Origin: Eledone cirrhosa
Lineage: Eukaryota
DNA: 64,000 nt
Assembly (NCBI GenBank): GCA_964016885.1
Contig: OZ024744.1
Location: 135,284,001 to 135,348,000 of the forward strand
Direction of reading: 5' to 3'
The notes under the pieces are model-generated. The model did no database searches. It was not told the DNA's origin and saw only the letters and a list, made by a program, of their open reading frames with translations. Position 1 is the stretch's first letter; every line of letters starts with the position of its first letter. Below are positions 1 through 12,000 of the stretch, one piece after another. The translations under genes and the position numbers were made by a program.

Positions 1-3000
1 TTAAGTTGGGGTTAAGTTAAGTTGGCGTTAATTTAAGTTGGGGTTAAGTTAAGTTGGGGTTAAGTTAAGTTGCGGTTAAATTAAGTTGGGGTTAAGTTAA
101 GTTGGGGTTTATTTAAGTTGGGGTTAATTAAGTTGGGGTTAAGTTAAGTTGGGGTTAAGTTAAGTTGGGGTTAACTTAAGTTGGGGTTGAGTTAAGTTGG
201 GGTTATGTTAAGTTGGGGTTATATTAAGTTGGAGTTAATTAAGTTGGGGTTAAGTTAAGTTTGGGTTCAGTTAAGTTGCGGTTAAGTTAAGTTGGGGTTA
301 AGTTAAGTTGGGGTTTAGTTAACTTGGGGTTAAGTTAAGTTGGGGTTAAGTTAGGTTGGGGTTTAGTTAAGTTGGTGTTAAGTTAAGTTGGGGCTAAGTT
401 AAGTTGGGGCTGAGTTAAGTTGGGGCTGAGTTAAGTTGGGGTTAAGTTAAGTTGGGGTTGAGTTAAGTTGGGGTTAAGTTAAGTTGGGGTTCAGTTAAGT
501 TGGGGTTAAGTTAAGTTGGGGTTAAGTTAAGTTGGGGTTTAGTTAAGTTGGGGTTCAGTTAAGTTGGGGTTAAGTTAAGTTTGGGTTAAGTTGGGGTTAA
601 ATTAAGTTGGGGTTAAGTTAAGTTGGGGTTTAGTTAAGTTGGGGTTAAGTTAAGTCGGGGTTAATTTAAGTTGGGGTTAAGTTAAGTTGCGGGTAATTTA
701 AGTTGGAGTTAAGTTAAGTTGGGGTTAAGTTAAGTTGGGGTTAAGTTAAGTTGGGGTTAAGTTAAGTTGCGGTTAAGTTAAGTTGGGGTTAAGTTAAGTT
801 GGGGTTAAGTTAGATTGTGGTTAAGTTAAGTTGGGGTTAAGTTAAGTTGGGGTTAAGTTAAGTTGGGGTTAAGTTAAGGCGGGGTTAAGTTGAGTTGGGG
901 TTAAGTTAAGTTGGGGTTAAGTTAAGTTGGGGTTGAGTTAATTTGGGGTTAACTTAAGTTGGGGGTACTTAAGTTGGGTTTAAGTTAAGTGGGGTTAAGT
1001 TAAGTTGGGGTTAAGTTAAGTTGGGGTTAAGTTAGGTTGTGGTTAAGTTAAGTTGGGGGTAAGTTAAGTTGGGGTTAATTTAAGTTGGGTCTAATTAAGT
1101 TGGGGTTAAGTTAAGTTGGGGTTAAGTTAAGTTGGGGTTGAGTTAATTTGGGGTTAACTTAAGTTGGGGGTACTTAAGTTGGGTTTAAGTTAAGTGGGGT
1201 TAAGTGAAGTTGGGGTTAAGTTAAGTTGGGGGTAAGTTAAGTTGGGGGTAAGTTAAGTTGGGGTTAATTTAAGTTGGGTCAAATTAAGTTGGGGTTAAGT
1301 TAAGTTGGGGTTGAGTTAAGTTGGGGTTAAATTAAGTTGGGGTTAAGTTAAGTTGGGGTTAAGTTAAGTTGGGGTTAAGTTAAGTTGGGGGTAAGTTAGT
1401 TGGTGGTAAGTTAAGTTGGGGGTAAGTTAAGATGGGGTTAAGTTAAGTTGGGGTTAAGTTAATTTGGGGTTAAGTTAGGGTTAAGTTAAGTTGGGGTTGA
1501 GTTAAGTTGGGGTTAAGTTAAGTTGGGGTTATGTTAAGTTGGGGTTAAGTTAAGTTGGGGTTAAGATGAGTTGGGGTTCAGTTAAGTTGCGGTTAAGTTA
1601 AGTTGGGGTTAAGTTAAGTTGGGGTTAAGTTAAGTTGGCGTTAATTTAAGTTGGGGTTAAGTTAAGTTGGGGTTAAGTTAAGTTGGGGTTAAATTAAGTT
1701 GGGGTTAAGTTAAGTTGGGGTTAATTTAAGTTGGGGTTAAGATAAGTTGGGGTTAATTTAAGTTGGGGTTGAGTTAAGTTGGGGTTGAGTTAATTTGGGG
1801 TTAACTTAAGTTGGGGGTACTTAATTTGGGTTTAAGTTAAGTGGGGTTAAGTTAAGTTGGGGTTAAGTTAAGTTGGGGTTAAGTTAAGTTGGGGTTAAGT
1901 TAGGTTGTGGTTAAGTTAAGTTGGGGGTAAGTTAAGTTGGGGGTAAGTTAAGTTGGGGTTAATTTAAGTTGGGTCTAATTAAGTTGGGGTTAAGTTAAGT
2001 TGGGGTTAAGTTAAGTTGGGGTTAAATTAAGTTGGGGTTAAGTTAAGTTGGGGTTAAATTAATTTGGGGTTAAGTTAAGTTGGGGTTAAGTTAAATTGGG
2101 GTTAAGTTAAGTTGGGGTTAAGTTAAGTTGGGGGTAAGTTAAGTTGGTGGTAAGTTAAGTTGGGGGTAAGTTAAGATGGGGTTAAGTTAAGTTGGGGTTA
2201 AGTTAATTTGGGGTTAAGTTAGGGTTAAGTTAAGTTGGGGTTGAGTTAAGTTGCGGTTAAGTTAAGTTGGGGTTAAGTTAAGTTGGGCTTAAGTTAACTT
2301 GGGGTTAAGTTAAGTTGGGGTTAAGTTAAGTTGGGGTTAAGTTAAGTTGGGGTTAAGTTAGATTGTGGTTAAGTTAAGTTGGGGTTAAGTTAAGTTGGGG
2401 TTAAGTTAAGTTGGGGTTAAGTTAAGGCGGGGTTAAGTTGAGTTGGGGTTAAGTTAAGTTGGGGTTAAGTTAAGTTGGGGTTGAGTTAATTTGGGGTTAA
2501 CTTAAGTTGGGGGTACTTAAGTTGTGTTTAAGTCAAGTGGGGTTAATTTAAGTTGGGGTTAAGTTAAGTTGGGGTTAAGTTAAGTTGGGGGTAAATTAAG
2601 TTGGGGTTAATTTAAGTTGGGTCTAATTAAGTTGGGGTTAAGTTAAGTTGGGGTTAAGTTAAGTTGGGGTTGAGTTAATTTGGGGTTAACTTAAGTTGGG
2701 GGTACTTAAGTTGGGTTTAAGTTAAGTGAGGTTAAGTTAAGTTGGGGTTAAGTTAAGTTGGGGTTAAGTTAAGTTGGGGGTAAGTTAAGTTGGGGGTAAG
2801 TTAAGTTGGGGTTAATTTAAGTTGGGTCAAATTAAGTTGGGGTTAAGTTAAGTTGGAGTTAAGTTAAGTTGGGGTTAAATTAAGTTGGGGTTAAGTTAAG
2901 TTGGGGTTAAGTTAAGTTGGGGTTAAGTTAAGTTGGGGTTAAGTTAAGTTGGGGTTAAGTTAAGTTGGGGTTAAGTTAAGTTGGGGTTGAGTTAAGTTGG

Positions 3001-6000
3001 GGTTGAGTTAATTTGGGGTTAATTTAAGTTGGGGGTACTTAAGTTGTGTTTAAGTTAAGTGGGGTTAACTTAAGTTGGGGTTAAGTTAAGTTGGGGTTAA
3101 GTTAAGTTGGGGTTAAGTTAAGTTGGGGTTAAGTTAAGTTGGGGTTAAATTAAGTTGGGGTTAAATTAAGTTGGGGTTAAGTTAAGTTGGGGGTAAGTTA
3201 AGTTGGGGGCAAGTTAAGTTGGGGTTTAGTTAAGTTGGGGTTGAATTAAGTTGGGGTTAAGTTAAGTTGGTGTTAAGTTAAGTTGGGGTTTATTTAAGTT
3301 GGGGTTAATTAAGTTGGGGTTAAGTTAAGTTGGGGTTAAGTTAAGTTGGGGTTAATTTAAGTTGGGGTTGAGTTAAGTTGGGGTTAAGTTAAGTTGGGGT
3401 TAAGTTAAGTTGGTGTTAAGTTAAGTTGGGGCTAAGTTAAGTTGGGGCTGAGTTAAGTTGGGGCTGAGTTAAGTTGGGGTTAAGTTAAGTTGGGGTTGAG
3501 TTAAGTTGGGGTTAAGTTAAGTTGGGGTTAAGTTCAGTTGGGGTTAAGTTAAGTTGGGGTTAAGTTAAGTTGGGGTTTAGTTAAGTTGGGGTTCAGTTAA
3601 GTTGGGGTTAAGTTAAGTTTGGGTTAAGTTGGGGTTAAATTAAGTTGGGGTTAAGTTAAGGCGGGGTTAAGTTGAGTTGGGGTTAAGTTAAGTTGGGGTT
3701 AAGTTAAGTTGGGGTTGAGTTAATTTGGGGTTAACTTAAGTTGGGGGTACTTAAGTTGGGTTTAAGTTAAGTGGGGTTCAGTTAAGTTGGGGTTAAGTTA
3801 AGTTGGGGTTAAGTTAAGTTGGGGTTAAGTTAGGTTGTGGTTAAGTTAAGTTGGGGGTAAGTTAAGTTGGGGGTAAGTTAAGTTGGGGTTAATTTAAGTT
3901 GGGTCTAATTAAGTTGGGGTTAAGTTAAGTTGGGGTTAAGTTAAGTTGGGGTTGAGTTAATTTGGGGTTAACTTAAGTTGGGGGTACTTAAGTTGGGTTT
4001 AAGTTAAGTGGGGTTAAGTTAAGTTGGGGTTAAGTTCAGTTGGGGGTAAGTTAAGTTGAGGGTAAGTTAAGTTGGGGTTAATATAAGTTGGGTCAAATTA
4101 AGTTGGGGTTAAGTTAAGTTGGAGTTAAGTTAAGTTGGGGTTAAATTAAGTTGGGGTTAAGTTAAGTTGGGGTTTAGTTAAGTTGGGGTTAAGTTAAGTC
4201 GGGGTTAATTTAAGTTGGGGTTAAGTTAAGTTGCGGGTAATTTAAGTTGGAGTTAAGTTAAGTTGGGGTTAAGTTAAGTTGGGGTTAAGTTAAGTTGGGG
4301 TTAAGTTAAGTTGGGGTTAAGTTAAGTTAGGGGTAAGTTAAGTTGGGGGTAAGTTAAGTTGGGGGTAAGTTAAGTTGGGGTTAAGTTAAGTTGGGGTTAA
4401 GATAAGTTAGGGTTAAGGTAAGTTGGGGTTGAGTTAAGTTGGGGTTAAGTTAAGTTGGGGTTATGTTAAGTTGGGGTTAAGTTAAGTTGCGGTTAAGTTA
4501 AGTTGGGGTTAAGTGAAGTTGGGGTTAAGTTAACTTGGGGTTAAGTTAAGTTGGGGTTAAGTTAAGTTGGGGTTAAGTTAAGTTGGGGTTCAGTTAGATT
4601 GTGGTTAAGTTAAGTTGGGGTTAAGTTAAGTTGGGGTTAAGTTAAGTTGGGGTTAAGTCAAGGCGGGGTTAAGTTGAGTTGGGGTTAAGTTAAGTTGGGG
4701 TTAAGTTAAGTTGGGGTTGAGTTAATTTGGGGTTAACTTAAGTTGGGGGTACTTAAGTTGGGTTTAAGTTAAGTGGGGTTAAGTTAAGTTGGGGTTAAGT
4801 TAAGTTGGGGTTAAGTTAAGTTGGGGTTAAGTTAGGTTGTGGTTAAGTTAAGTTGGGGGTAAGTTAAGTTGGGGGTAAGTTAAGTTGGGGTTAATTTAAG
4901 TTGGGTCTAATTAAGTTGGGGTTAAGTTAAGTTGGGGTTAAGTTAAGTTGGGGTTGAGTTAATTTGGGGTTAACTTAAGTTGGGGGTACTTAAGTTGGGT
5001 TTAAGTTAAGTGGGGTTAAGTTAAGTTGGGGTTAAGTTAAATTGGGGGTAAGTTAAGTTGGGGGTAAGTTAAGTTGGAGTTAATTTAAGTTGGGTCAAAA
5101 TAAGTTGGGGTTAAGTTAAGTTGGGGTTAAGTTAAGTTGGGGTTAAATTAAGTTGGGGTTAAGTTAAGTTGGGGTTAAGTTAAGTTGGGGTTAAGTTCAG
5201 TTGGGAGTCAGTTAAGTTGGTGGTAAGTTAAGTTGGGGGTAAGTTAAGATGGGGTTGAGTTAAGTTGGGGTTAAGTTAAGTTGGGGGTAAGTTAAGTTGG
5301 GGGTAAGTTAAGTTGGGGTTAATTTAAGTTGGGTCAAATTAAGTTGGGGTTAAGTTAAGTTGGGGTTAAGTTAAGTTGGGGTTAAATTAAGTTGGAGTTA
5401 AGTTAAGTTGGGGTTAAATTAAGTTGGGGTTAAGTTAAGTTGGGGTTTAGTTAAGTTGGGGTTAAGTTAAGTTGGGGGTAAGTTAAGTTGGTGGTAAGTT
5501 AAGTTGGGGGTAAGTTAAGATGGGGTTAAGTTAAGTTGGGGTTAAGTTAATTTGGGGTTAAGTTAGGGTTAAGTTAAGTTGGGGTTGAGTTAAGTTGGGG
5601 TTAAGTTAAGTTAGGGTTATGTTAAGTTGGGGTTAAGGTAAGTTGGGGTTAAGATGAGTTGGGGTTCAGTTAAGTTGCGGTTAAGTTAAGTTGGGGTTAA
5701 GTTAAGTTGGGGTTAAGTTAAGTTGGGGTTAAGTTAAGTTGGCGTTAATTTAAGTTGGGGTTAAGTTAAGTTGGGGTTAAGTTAAGTTGGGGTTAAATTA
5801 AGTTGGGGTTAAGTTAAGTTGTGGTTAATTTAAGTTGGGGTTAAGATAAGTTGGGGTTAAGTTAAGTTGGGTTTGAGTTAAGTTGGGGTTGAGTTAATTT
5901 GGGGTTAACTTAAGTTGGGGGTACTTAATTTGGGTTTAAGTTAAGTGGGGTTAAGTTAAGTTGGGGTTAAGTTAAGTTGGGGTTAAGTTAAGTTGGGGTT

Positions 6001-9000
6001 AAGTTAGGTTGTGGTTAAGTTAAGTTGGGGGTAAGTTAAGTTGGGGGTAAGTTAAGTTGGGGTTAATTTAAGTTGGGTCTAATTAAGTTGGGGTTAAGTT
6101 AAGTTGGCGTTAAGTTAAGTTGGAGTTAAATTAAGTTGGGGTTAAGTTAAGTTGGGGTTAAATTAATTTGGGGTTAAGTTAAGTTGGGGTTAAGTTAAAT
6201 TGGGGTTAAGTTAAGTTGGGGTTAAGTTAAGTTGGGGGTAAGTTAAGTTGGTGGTAAGTTAAGTTGGGGTAAGTTAAGATGGGGTTAAGTTAAGTTGGGG
6301 TTAAGTTAATTTGGGGTTAAGTTAGGGTTAAGTTAAGTTGGGGTTGAGTTAAGTTGGGGTTAAGTTAAGTTGGGGTTATGTTAAGTTGGTGTTAAGTTGA
6401 GTTGGGGTTAAGTTAAGTTGGGGTTAAATTAAGTTGGGGTTAAGTTAAGTTGGGGTTAATTTAAGTTGGGGTTCAGTTAAGTTGCGGTTATGTTAAGTTG
6501 GGGTTAAGTTAAGTTGGGGTTAAGTTAAGTTGGGGTTAAGTTAAGTTGGGGTTAATTTAAGTTGGGGTTAAGTTAAGTTGGGGTTAAGTTAATTTGTGGT
6601 TAAGTTAAGTTGGGGTTAAGTTCAGTTGGGGTTAAGTTCAGTCGGGGTTAAATTAAGTTGGGGTTGAGTTAAGTTGGGGTTAAGTTAAGTTGGGGTTAAG
6701 TTAAGTTGGGGTTAATTTAAGTTGGGGTTCAGTTAAGTTGCGGTTATGTTAAGTTGGGGTTAAGTTAAGTTGGGGTTAAGTTAAGTTGGGGTTAAGTTAA
6801 GTTGGGGTTAATTTAAGTTGGGATTAAGTTAAGTTGGGGTTAAGTTAATTTGTGGTTAAGTTAAGTTGGGGTTAAGTTCAGTTGGGGTTAAGTTCAGTCG
6901 GGGTTAAGTTAAGTTGGGGTTGAGTTAAGTTGGGGTTAAGTTAAGTTGGGGTTGAGTTAAGTTGGGGTTAAGTTAAGTTGGTGTTAAGATAAGTTGGGGT
7001 TAAGTTAAGTTGGGGTTGAGTTATGTTGGGGTTGATTTAATTTGGGGTTAAGTTAAGTTGGGGTAAACTTAAGTTGGGTTTAAGTTAAGTTGGGGTTAAG
7101 TTAAGTTGGGGTTAAATTAAGTTGGGGTTAAGTTAAGTTGGGGGTAAGTTATGTTGGGGTTAGTTAAGTTGCGGTTAAGTTAAGTTGGGGTTAAGTTAAG
7201 TTGGGGTTAAGTTAAGTTGGGGTTAAGTTAAGTTGGGGTTAATTTAAGTTGGGGTTAAGTTAAGTTGGGGTTAATTTAAGTTGGGGTTAATTTAAGTTGG
7301 GGTTAAGTTAAGTTGGGGTTAAGTTAAGTTGGGGTTAAGTTAAGTTGTGGGTAAGTTAAGTTGGGGGTGAGTTAAGTTGGGGTTAATTTAAGTTGGGGTT
7401 AAGTTGGGGTTAAGTTAAGTTAGGGTTAAGTTAAGTTGGGTTGAGTTAAGTTGGGGTTAAGTTAAGTGGTGGTTATGTTAAGTTGGGGTTTAGTTAAGTT
7501 GGGGTTAAGTTAAAATGGGGTTAAGTTAAGTTGGGGTTAAGTTAAGTTGGGGTTAAGTTAAGTTGGGGTTAAGTTAAGTTGGGGTTAAGTTAAGTTGGGG
7601 TTAAGTTAAGTCGGGGTTAAGATAAGTTGGGGTTAAGTTGGGGTTAAGTTAAGTTGGGATTAAGTTAATTTGGGGTTAAGTTAAGTTGGGGTTAAGTTAA
7701 GTTGGGGTTAAGTTAAGTTGAGGTTAAGTTAAGTTGGGGTTAAATTAAGTTGGGGTTAAGTTAAGCTGGGGTTAAGTTAAGTTGGGGTTAATTAAATTGG
7801 GTTTCAGTTAAGTTGGGGTTAATTTAAGTTGGGGTTAAGTTAAGTTGGGGTTAAGTTAAGTTGGTTAGTTAAGTTGAGTTTAAGTTAAGTTGGGGTTAAG
7901 TTAAGTTGCGGTTAAATTAAGTTGGGGTTAAGTTAAGTTGGGGTTAAGTTAAGTTGGGGTTAAGTTAAGTTGGGGTTAAGTTAAGTTGGGGTTAAGTTAA
8001 GTTGGTGTTAAGTTAAGTTGGGGCTAAGTTAAGTTGGGGCTGAGTTAAGTTGGGGCTGAGTTAAGTTGGGGTTAAGTTAAGTTGGGGTTGAGTTAAGTTG
8101 GGGTTAAGTTAAGTTGGGGTTAAGTTAAGTTGGGGTTAAGTTAAGTTGGGGTTAAGTTAAGTTGGGGTTTAGTTAAGTTGGGGTTCAGTTAAGTTGGGGT
8201 TAAGTTAAGTTTGGGTTAAGTTGGGGTTAAATTAAGTTGGGGTTAAGTTAAGTTGGGGTTTAGTTAAGTTGGGGTTAAGTTAAGTCGGGGTTAATTTAAG
8301 TTGGGGTTAAGTTAAGTTGCGGGTAATTTAAGTTGGAGTTAAGTTAAGTTGGGGTTAAGTTAAGTTGGGTTTAAGTTAAGTTGGGGTTAAGTTAAGTTGG
8401 GGTTAAGTTAAGTTAGGGGTAAGTTAAGTTGGGGGTAAGTTAAGTTGGGGGTAAGTTAAGTTGGGGTTATGTTAAGTTGGGGTTAAGTTATGTTGGGGTT
8501 AAGATGAGTTGGGGTTCAGTTAAGTTGCGGTTAAGTTAAGTTGGGGTTAAGTTAAGTTGGGGTTAAGTTAAGTTGGGGTTAAGTTAAGTTGGCGTTAATT
8601 TAAGTTGGGGTTAAGTTAAGTTGGGGTTAAGTTAAGTTGGGGTTAAATTAAGTTGGGGTTAAGTTAAGTTGGGGTTAATTTAAGTTGGGGTTAAGATAAG
8701 TTGGGGTTAAGTTAAGTTGGGGTTGAGTTAAGTTGGGGTTGAGTTAATTTGGGGTTAAGTTAAGTTGGGGTTAAGTTAAGTTGGGGTTAAGTTAGGTTGT
8801 GGTTAAGTTAAGTTGGGGGTAAGTTAAGTTGGGGTTAAGTTAAGTTGGGGTTAAATTAAGTTGGGGTTAAGTTAAGTTGGGGTTAAATTAATTTGGGGTT
8901 AAGTTAAGTTGGGGTTAAGTTAAATTGGGGTTAAGTTGAGTTGGGGTTAAGTTAAGTTGGGGTTAAGTTAAGTTGGGGTTAATTTAAGTTGGGGTTAAGT

Positions 9001-9072
9001 TAAGTTGGGGTTAATTTAAGTTGGGGTTAAGTTAAGTTGGGGTTAAGTTAAGTTGGGGTTAAATTAAGTTGG

Positions 9073-12000
9073 GGTTAAGTTCAGTTGGGGTTAATTTAAG
9101 TTGGGGTTCAATTAAGTTGCGGTTATATTAAGTTGGGGTTAAGTTAAGTTGGGGTTAAGTTAAGTTGGGGTTAAGTTAAGTTGGGGTTAATTTAAGTTGG
9201 GGTTAAGTTAAGTTGGGGTTAAGTTCAGTTGGGGTTGAGTTAAGTTGGGGTTGAGTTAAGTTGGGGTTAAGTTAAGTTGGGGGTAAGTTAAGTTGGGGGT
9301 GAGTTAAGTTGGGGTTAATTTAAGTTGGGGTTCAATTAAGTTGCGGTTATATTAAGTTGGGGTTAAGTTCAGTTGGGGTTGAGTTAAGTTGGGGTTGAGT
9401 TAAGTTGGGGTTAAGTTAAGTTGGGGTTGAGTTAAGTTGGGGTTAAGTTAAGTTGGTGTTAAGATAAGTTGGGGTTAAGTTAAGTTGGGGTTGAGTTAAG
9501 TTGGGGTTGAGTTAAGTTGGGGTTAAGTTAAGTTGGGGTTAAGTTAAGTTGGGGTTAAGTTAAGTTGGGGGTAAGTTAAGTTGGGGTTAAGTTAAGTCGG
9601 GGTTAAGTTGGGGTTAAGTTAAGTTAGGGTTAAGTTAAGTTTGGGTTGAGTTAAGTTGGGGTTAAGTTAAGTGGTGGTTATGTTAAGTTGGGGTTAAGTT
9701 AAGTTGGGGTTAAGTTAAATTGGGGTCAAGTTAAGTTGCGGTTAAGTTAAGTTGGGGTTAAGTTAAGTTGGGGTTAAGTTAAGTTGGGGTTAAGTTAAGT
9801 TGGGGTTAAGTTAAGTCGGGGTTAAGATAAGTTGGGGTTAAGTTGGGGTTAAGTTAAGTTGGGATTAAGTTAATTTGGGGTTAAGTTAAGTTGGGGTTAA
9901 GTTAAGTTGGGGTTAAGTTAAGTTGAGGTTAAGTTAAGTTGGGGTTAAATTAAGTTGGGGTTAAGTTAAGCTGGGGTTAAGTTAAGTTGGGGTTAATTAA
10001 ATTGGGTTTCAGTTAAGTTGGGGTTAATTTAAGTTGGGGTTAAGTTAAGTTGGGGTTAAGTTAAGTTGGTTAGTTAAGTTGAGTTTAAGTTAAGTTGGGG
10101 TTAAGTTAAGTTGCGGTTAAGTTAAGTTGGGGTTAAGTTAAGTTGGGGTTAAGTTAAGTTGGGGTTAAGTTAAGTTGGGGTTAAGTTAAGTTGGTGTTAA
10201 GTTAAGTTGGGGCTAAGTTAAGTTGGGGCTGAGTTAAGTTGGGGCTGAGTTAAGTTGGGGTTAAGTTAAGTTGGGGTTGAGTTAAGTTGGCGTTAAGTTA
10301 AGTTGGGGTTAAGTTGGGGTTAAGTTAAGTTCGGGTTAAGTTAAGTTTGGGTTAAGTTGGGGTTAAATTAAGTTGGGGTTAAGTTAAGTTGGGGTTTAGT
10401 TAAGTTGGGGTTAAGTTAAGTCGGGGTTAATTTAAGTTGGGGTTAAGTTAAGTTGCGGGTAATTTAAGTTGGAGTTAAGTTAAGTTGGGGTTAAGTTAAG
10501 TTGGGGTTAAGTTAAGTTGGGGTTAAGTTAATTTAGGGGTAAGTTAAGTTGGGGGTAAGTTAAGTTGGGGGTAAGTTAAGTTGGGGTTAAGTTAAGTTGG
10601 GGTTAAGTTAAGTTAGGGTTAAGGTAAGTTGGGGTTGAGTTAAGTTGGGGTTAAGTTAAGTTGGGGTTATGTTAAGTTGGGGTTAAGTTAAGTTGCGGTT
10701 AAGTTAAGTTGGGGTTAAGTGAAGTTGGGGTTAAGTTAACTTGGGGTTAAGTTAAGTTGGGGTTAAGTTAAGTTGGGGTTAAGTTAAGTTGGGGTTCAGT
10801 TAGATTGTGGTTAAGTTAAGTTGGGGTTAAGTTAAGTTGGGGTTAAGTTAAGTTCGGGTTAAGTTAAGTTGGGGTTGAGTTAATTTGGGGTTAACTTAAG
10901 TTGGGGGTACTTAAGTTGGGTTTAAGTTAAGTGGGGTTAAGTTAAGTTGGGGTTAAGTTAAGTTGGGGTTAAGTTAAGTTGGGGTTAAGTTAGGTTGTGG
11001 TTAAGTTAAGTTGGGGGTAAGTTAAGTTGGGGTTAATTTAAGTTGGGTCTAATTAAGTTGGGGTTAAGTTAAGTTGGGGTTAAGTTAAGTTGGGGTTGAG
11101 TTAATTTGGGGTTAAATTAAGTTGGGGGTACTTAAGTTTGGTTTAAGTTAAGTGGGGTTAAGTTAAGTTGGGGTTAAGTTAAATTGGGGGTAAGTTAAGT
11201 TGGGGGTAAGTTAAGTTGGAGTTAATTTAAGTTGGGTCAAATTAAGTTGGGGTTAAGTTAAGTTGGGGTTAAGTTAAGTTGGGGTTAAATTAAGTTGGAG
11301 TTAAGTTAAGTTGGGGTTAAATTAAGTTGGGGTTAAGTTAAGTTGGGGTTAAGTTAAGTTGGGGTTAAGTTAAGTTGGGGGTCAGTTAAGTTGGTGGTAA
11401 GTTAAGTTGGGGGTAAGTTAAGATGGGGTTGAGTTAAGTTGGGGTTAAGTTAATTTGGGGTTAAGTTAGGGTTAAGTTAAGTTGGGGTTGAGTTAAGTTG
11501 GGGTTAAGTTAAGTTGGGGTTATGTTAAGTTGGGGTTAAGTTAAGTTGGGGTTAAGATGAGTTGGGGTTCAGTTAAGTTGCGGTTAAGTTAAGTTGGGGT
11601 TAAGTTAAGTTGGGGTTAAGTTAAGTTGGCGTTAATTTAAGTTGGGGTTAAGTTAAGTTGGGGTTAAGTTAAGTTGGGGTTAAATTAAGTTGGGGTTAAG
11701 TTAAGTTGGGGTTAATTTAAGTTGGGGATAAGATAAGTTGGGGTTAAGTTAAGTTGGGGTTGAGTTAAGTTGGGGTTGAGTTAATTTGGGGTTAACTTAA
11801 GTTGGGGTTAAGTTAAGTTGGGGTTAAGTTAAATTGGGGTTAAGTTAAGTTGGGGTTAAGTTAAGTTGGGGCTAAGTTAAGTTGGTGGTAAGTTAAGTTG
11901 GGGGTAAGTTAAGATGGGGTTAAGTTAAGTTGGGGTTAAGTTAATTTGGGGTTAAGTTAGGGTTAAGTTCAGTTGGGGTTAATTTAAGTTGGGGTTCAAT

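Noticed and set aside
1470-1480. Canonical TTAGGG telomere hexamer (recurring TTAAGTTAGGG units)
   Set aside because: It occurs only as isolated single variants within modules and never in tandem.
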